A DNA stretch of 64,000 nucleotides from Rhizodiscina lignyota (Eukaryota), in the NCBI GenBank assembly GCA_010015805.1, contig ML978123.1:1612001-1676000 (forward strand), given 5' to 3'. Position numbers and translations under genes: made by a program. Positions within the stretch are counted from its first letter, which is position 1; every line of letters begins with the position of its first letter. This document shows positions 60,409-64,000 of this stretch, piece by piece. The notes below the pieces were generated by a model, which saw only the letters and a list, made by a program, of their open reading frames with translations, searched no databases and was not told the DNA's origin.

Positions 60409-62158
60409 ATGCTTTCTCTAAAGTTCAACGAAACTGAGCCAAAGGCGTGGGTTATATCTTCGATATGCTTGATTCTTCTTTCCGTAGTCGTCTTTACGTA
60501 TTTCAATGGGTGGTCTTTCAATATGGGGCTGTCATCCCTCCCTGGACCTTTTCTTGCTCGCTTCACCAACGTCTGGCGGCTTTGGCATATGTACCGCAGC
60601 CGTTATGCGTCAATGCTCGTGGAAGTTCACGACCGATATGGAGACTATGTGCTTTTGGGACCGAATCTTGTCAGCACCAGAGACCCGGAGGTAATCGAAG
60701 CGTTGTACGGGCTGAGGTCCGAAACCACCGTGGTTAGTTCGAACAATTATATAAGTACAGTTTCCAACAGTAGCTAACAAGATTGAAGAGCGACATGTTC
60801 AAAGTGATGCAGAGCTATGTCGATGGCGTCCGTATTCCAACGTTGATGACAAGCCTTAAGCGGGACGAGCATGACAGCCTTAGGAAGCCGATCGCCAGAG
60901 CATACGCGATGACGAGCGTCCTTTCATATGAGAATATTATTGACTCTCACATCCGGAGACTAGTAGATCAACTCAACGAGAGGTTCGTGACGACGAATCG
61001 AGTGTGCGACATGAGCGACTGGCTCCAATATTGTAAGTATCTCCTCCTAAGTCTCAGAAAGTTCGGTGGCTTATAAGTGCAGATGCCTTCGACGTCGTTT
61101 GTGACTTGACTATGAGCAAGAACATGGGATTCGTGGAGCACGGTCACGATGTCGAAGATATGATCGCTCAGCTTGACCGCGAGTGGGACTACAGAGCCTA
61201 CGTACAGTCCAGTCACAAACTATGATGGACTTCAGACTGATTAATGTTCAGACCGGTGTGATGCCGTTCCTTGACAAAGCAATAAGAAAAAACAAGTTGG
61301 CATTCCTCTGGAAGGGGAAAGGGAATCCTTTTTTCTTGCGCGCGAGACAGCTTCTCGATGAACGGCTGGAGAATAACACCAATTCGGAGAGACAGCACGA
61401 CATTCTTGATGAATTCCTGGAAGCCAGTGAAAAACATCCAAACGTAGTCACAAAGCATGCAATTGTCGGACTAGTTGGTCAGAATCTGCTTGCCGGCTCC
61501 GACACCACCTCAGCCGTGCTGAAGTCTGTCATCTATTACGTTCTCAAGGACCCCAGCATCACAGAACGCTTACGGAATGAAATCGACGATGCAAGTTTAC
61601 AGTATCCCGTCGAGTTCTCAAAAGCTCAAGGTCTTCCTTACCTGAGCGCTTGCATTGAGGAAGGCCTACGAATGCACCCTGTTGCCGCTGTCCTCGTGGA
61701 GCGTGTTCTACCCCAGTCAGGCTTGACCCTTCCAAATGGCAAGAAATTATCTGCTGGAACTGTTGTCGGTATGTCTCCATGGACCATGAGAGGCAATAAA
61801 GCTGTCTTCGGGGAAGACGCCAGTACATTCAATCCCGATCGCTGGCTTCCGCAGCTTAACGAGACCACCGAAGAATACAATTTGAGAATCCGAACAATGC
61901 GAAAGTCCGGCCTGGCATTTTCTTATGGTCCGCGGTCCTGCATTGGGCAGCATATTGCAAAGATGGAGATATGGAAGCTGATTCCGACTATCTTCGGTCA
62001 CTTTGAGGTAAGACTGACTGTCTCGAAAAGCCGCGTGGCGCTGATCCGTCTCTCAGCTCGAGCTTGCGAACCCAGAGGTGCCGTGGGATGTACAAGAGCG
62101 ATTTTTTGCGAAGCAATCAGGCATAAAAGTTTTCATCAGGCCACGAAAGCATGAGTAG
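60409..62158 (+). CDS. Cytochrome P450 (pisatin demethylase-like group)
   Basis: N-terminal transmembrane segment plus PGPF, AGSDTT, EGLR (ExxR), PDRW and FSYGPRSCIG. The final exon ends in TAG at 62158. Confidence 0.93.
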
Positions 62159-62454
62159 TCATAGTGCCCGTGAACCAAGGGTAGCTTGCAGGACTTCATG
62201 AATTGCTACCCCGGTTCGAGAGTGGCAAAAGGGAAAGCTGTAACGCCTAAGAGGAGGCAGTTCCTGCACTTCAATGTAAGCGAGACTATAACAAAAGCTC
62301 AGTATTACGTTCTTCGGAGTACATGTAACAGTAACAGACCGTTGAAAAACTTGCGTACTTTTATTGCTGACTCTGAATCATAACTGTTCAGTATTCTGAA
62401 AGCAGTGGCTATCCTTTTTCTCATTCTCAAACCTGGTTATCGACTTTTCCGTTC

Positions 62455-63758
62455 TCAGGCATCTTTCTTGTCTTCATGGTATCCATCCGCGCCGTCCACG
62501 ACGCCATACGCCCCGCCGCCTCTCCCAAACATCCTCCGCAAATCTCTCGCAAGTACTTCCGGCCGCTCCCACGCAGCAAAATGCCCTCCGTCACTTGCCC
62601 AATTCTCAAAGACAATGTTGCCAAGCGTTCTAGTGAAGGCGCGCGGAATCCCCATGACATCTTTTGGAAATTGAGTCAACCCGAGGGGAACATTGTTCCA
62701 CGCAAAGAACGCCTTGTCCGCCGGGATACCATAAGGAGGTGTGGGAGTCTCGGCTTCGAAGTATGTGCGAACAGATGCTCCTGGGCCTGCAGCGGAAAAC
62801 CAGTAGATTGAAACCCATGTCAGGATCTCGTCCTCCGTCCAAGGGTAGTTGTCTGTCCAGTGGAGCAACTTCTCGTATATCCAGCCGAGTAGCGCAACTG
62901 GAGAGTCCGCGAGGCAGTAAGCTACGGTCTGCGGGCGAGTCTGGTGTATCTTGTAATAAGCATTGCCTGTTGTGATATAGCTCCATGCGCTCTTCAAACC
63001 CTGCCATTCGAACTTGGTCCAAGGGATTATAAGGGCCTGCAAAAGTCGAAGCGGTTGCTTGAGCAAGTTCATGGGATCGAAGAAGACGAAATTGATGTGC
63101 ACGGCTCGCAGGTTTTCATGATAATTTCGGCCCATCATTTGAGTTATTAAGGAACCCCAATCTCCCCTTGGGCTACGTATTCTTTGTATCCAAGAGAAAG
63201 CATCAGCTTGTGGCACACCTCTCCGTAATGCCTCAGATTGAATCCTGTCTGAATGTCGTTGTCATATTAGCATTGAAACTTAACGGACCTTCTGAGCACA
63301 TGTACCTTTGAGACACCTTCGGAGAAACCGTAGTTCGGCAAGCTGGGAGCAACGACATGAAATGCCGGGGAGTCAGCGCCGCCTTCAGTCAGCAATGGCA
63401 AAAGCTTGGTGACTTCTAGAAAGTTGCCAGGCCAACCATGGACGAACAAGAGAGGGATTGCTTCCTTCACCGAAGATCTCTGATGGATAAAATGAATGTC
63501 CAGGTCACCGAATTGATCGGTTGAAACGGTTTCGGTATACATCGGTAAGCGATTGAGAGCTGCTTCGTGGTTTCGCCAGTTCGGAAGATACGTCTTGAGC
63601 CAGTACTCGACCAAGCGATGCATTTCTGATACTGGCACGCCCTGTTCAACGGTGAAGCCAATTGGCTCGTCAGGTAAACGCGCCATCTCCAGCTTCTTCT
63701 GGAGCGTCTCCAAATCAGCATCCGAAACGTTCAACTGAAATGGCATCGGGTTCGGCAT
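62455..63758 (-). pseudogene. Microsomal-type epoxide hydrolase with a 1-nt frameshift at the nucleophile elbow (pseudogene or sequencing error)
   Basis: EHN-type N-terminus, HGWPG, APSLPNYGFS, DSPVALL and GGHFAAWE. The QGGDWG codons read CAA GGGG A GAT TGG, one G short. Confidence 0.75.
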
Positions 63759-64000
63759 CGTCGGTTTCGAGCAAGGGTTAAGCAAAAAGATTAGATGTGA
63801 ACGAAAGTCTTTGGAAACGCTTGAGTTGAGAAGATCGCTTTGCTAGCAGTCTTCTATTCAATCGGGTGCTGCGCTGGCGGAAGATGAACAGGAGGCAAAG
63901 TAAATCCAGAAGTAACCAAAAAGAGAATACCAAGAACACTGTTTGGATTGGCCGTTATGATGCATCATATGCTTGCAGCTTGTGTTGCCTAAATGGGTTG

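Overview
This is eukaryotic DNA from a filamentous ascomycete (Pezizomycotina). The evidence is short GT..CTRAY..AG introns, the fused bioDA gene and the fungal gene families present; a Dothideomycete origin is only an inference. The window has four zones. (1) 1-23 kb is an accessory catabolic region: a sugar porter, a divergent GH106/GH28 pair with a GARE-like motif between them, an arylsulfatase, a TRI12-type MFS, a nonsense-disrupted small secreted Cys-rich gene, an alpha-glucoside permease, and an esterase/BVMO/SDR trio. (2) 23-43.5 kb is a housekeeping block: UGGT, AIP1, SPC34, RPN3, COQ9, AVO2-like, RAD54 and a Prp2/Cdc28 helicase. (3) An intronless stand-alone T4 Rnl1-type RNA ligase of phage/bacterial character sits between that block and the bioB-bioF-bioDA biotin cluster; this is the most unusual gene in the window. 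(4) 51-64 kb is accessory again: an ACC-deaminase-family gene with D-cysteine-desulfhydrase residues, a CapA-family phosphoesterase, a GST, an S28 peptidase, gene relics, a P450 and a frameshifted epoxide hydrolase. I recognised no tRNA, rRNA, CRISPR array or transposon. Gene models were spliced by eye, and family calls come from motif recognition rather than database searches.
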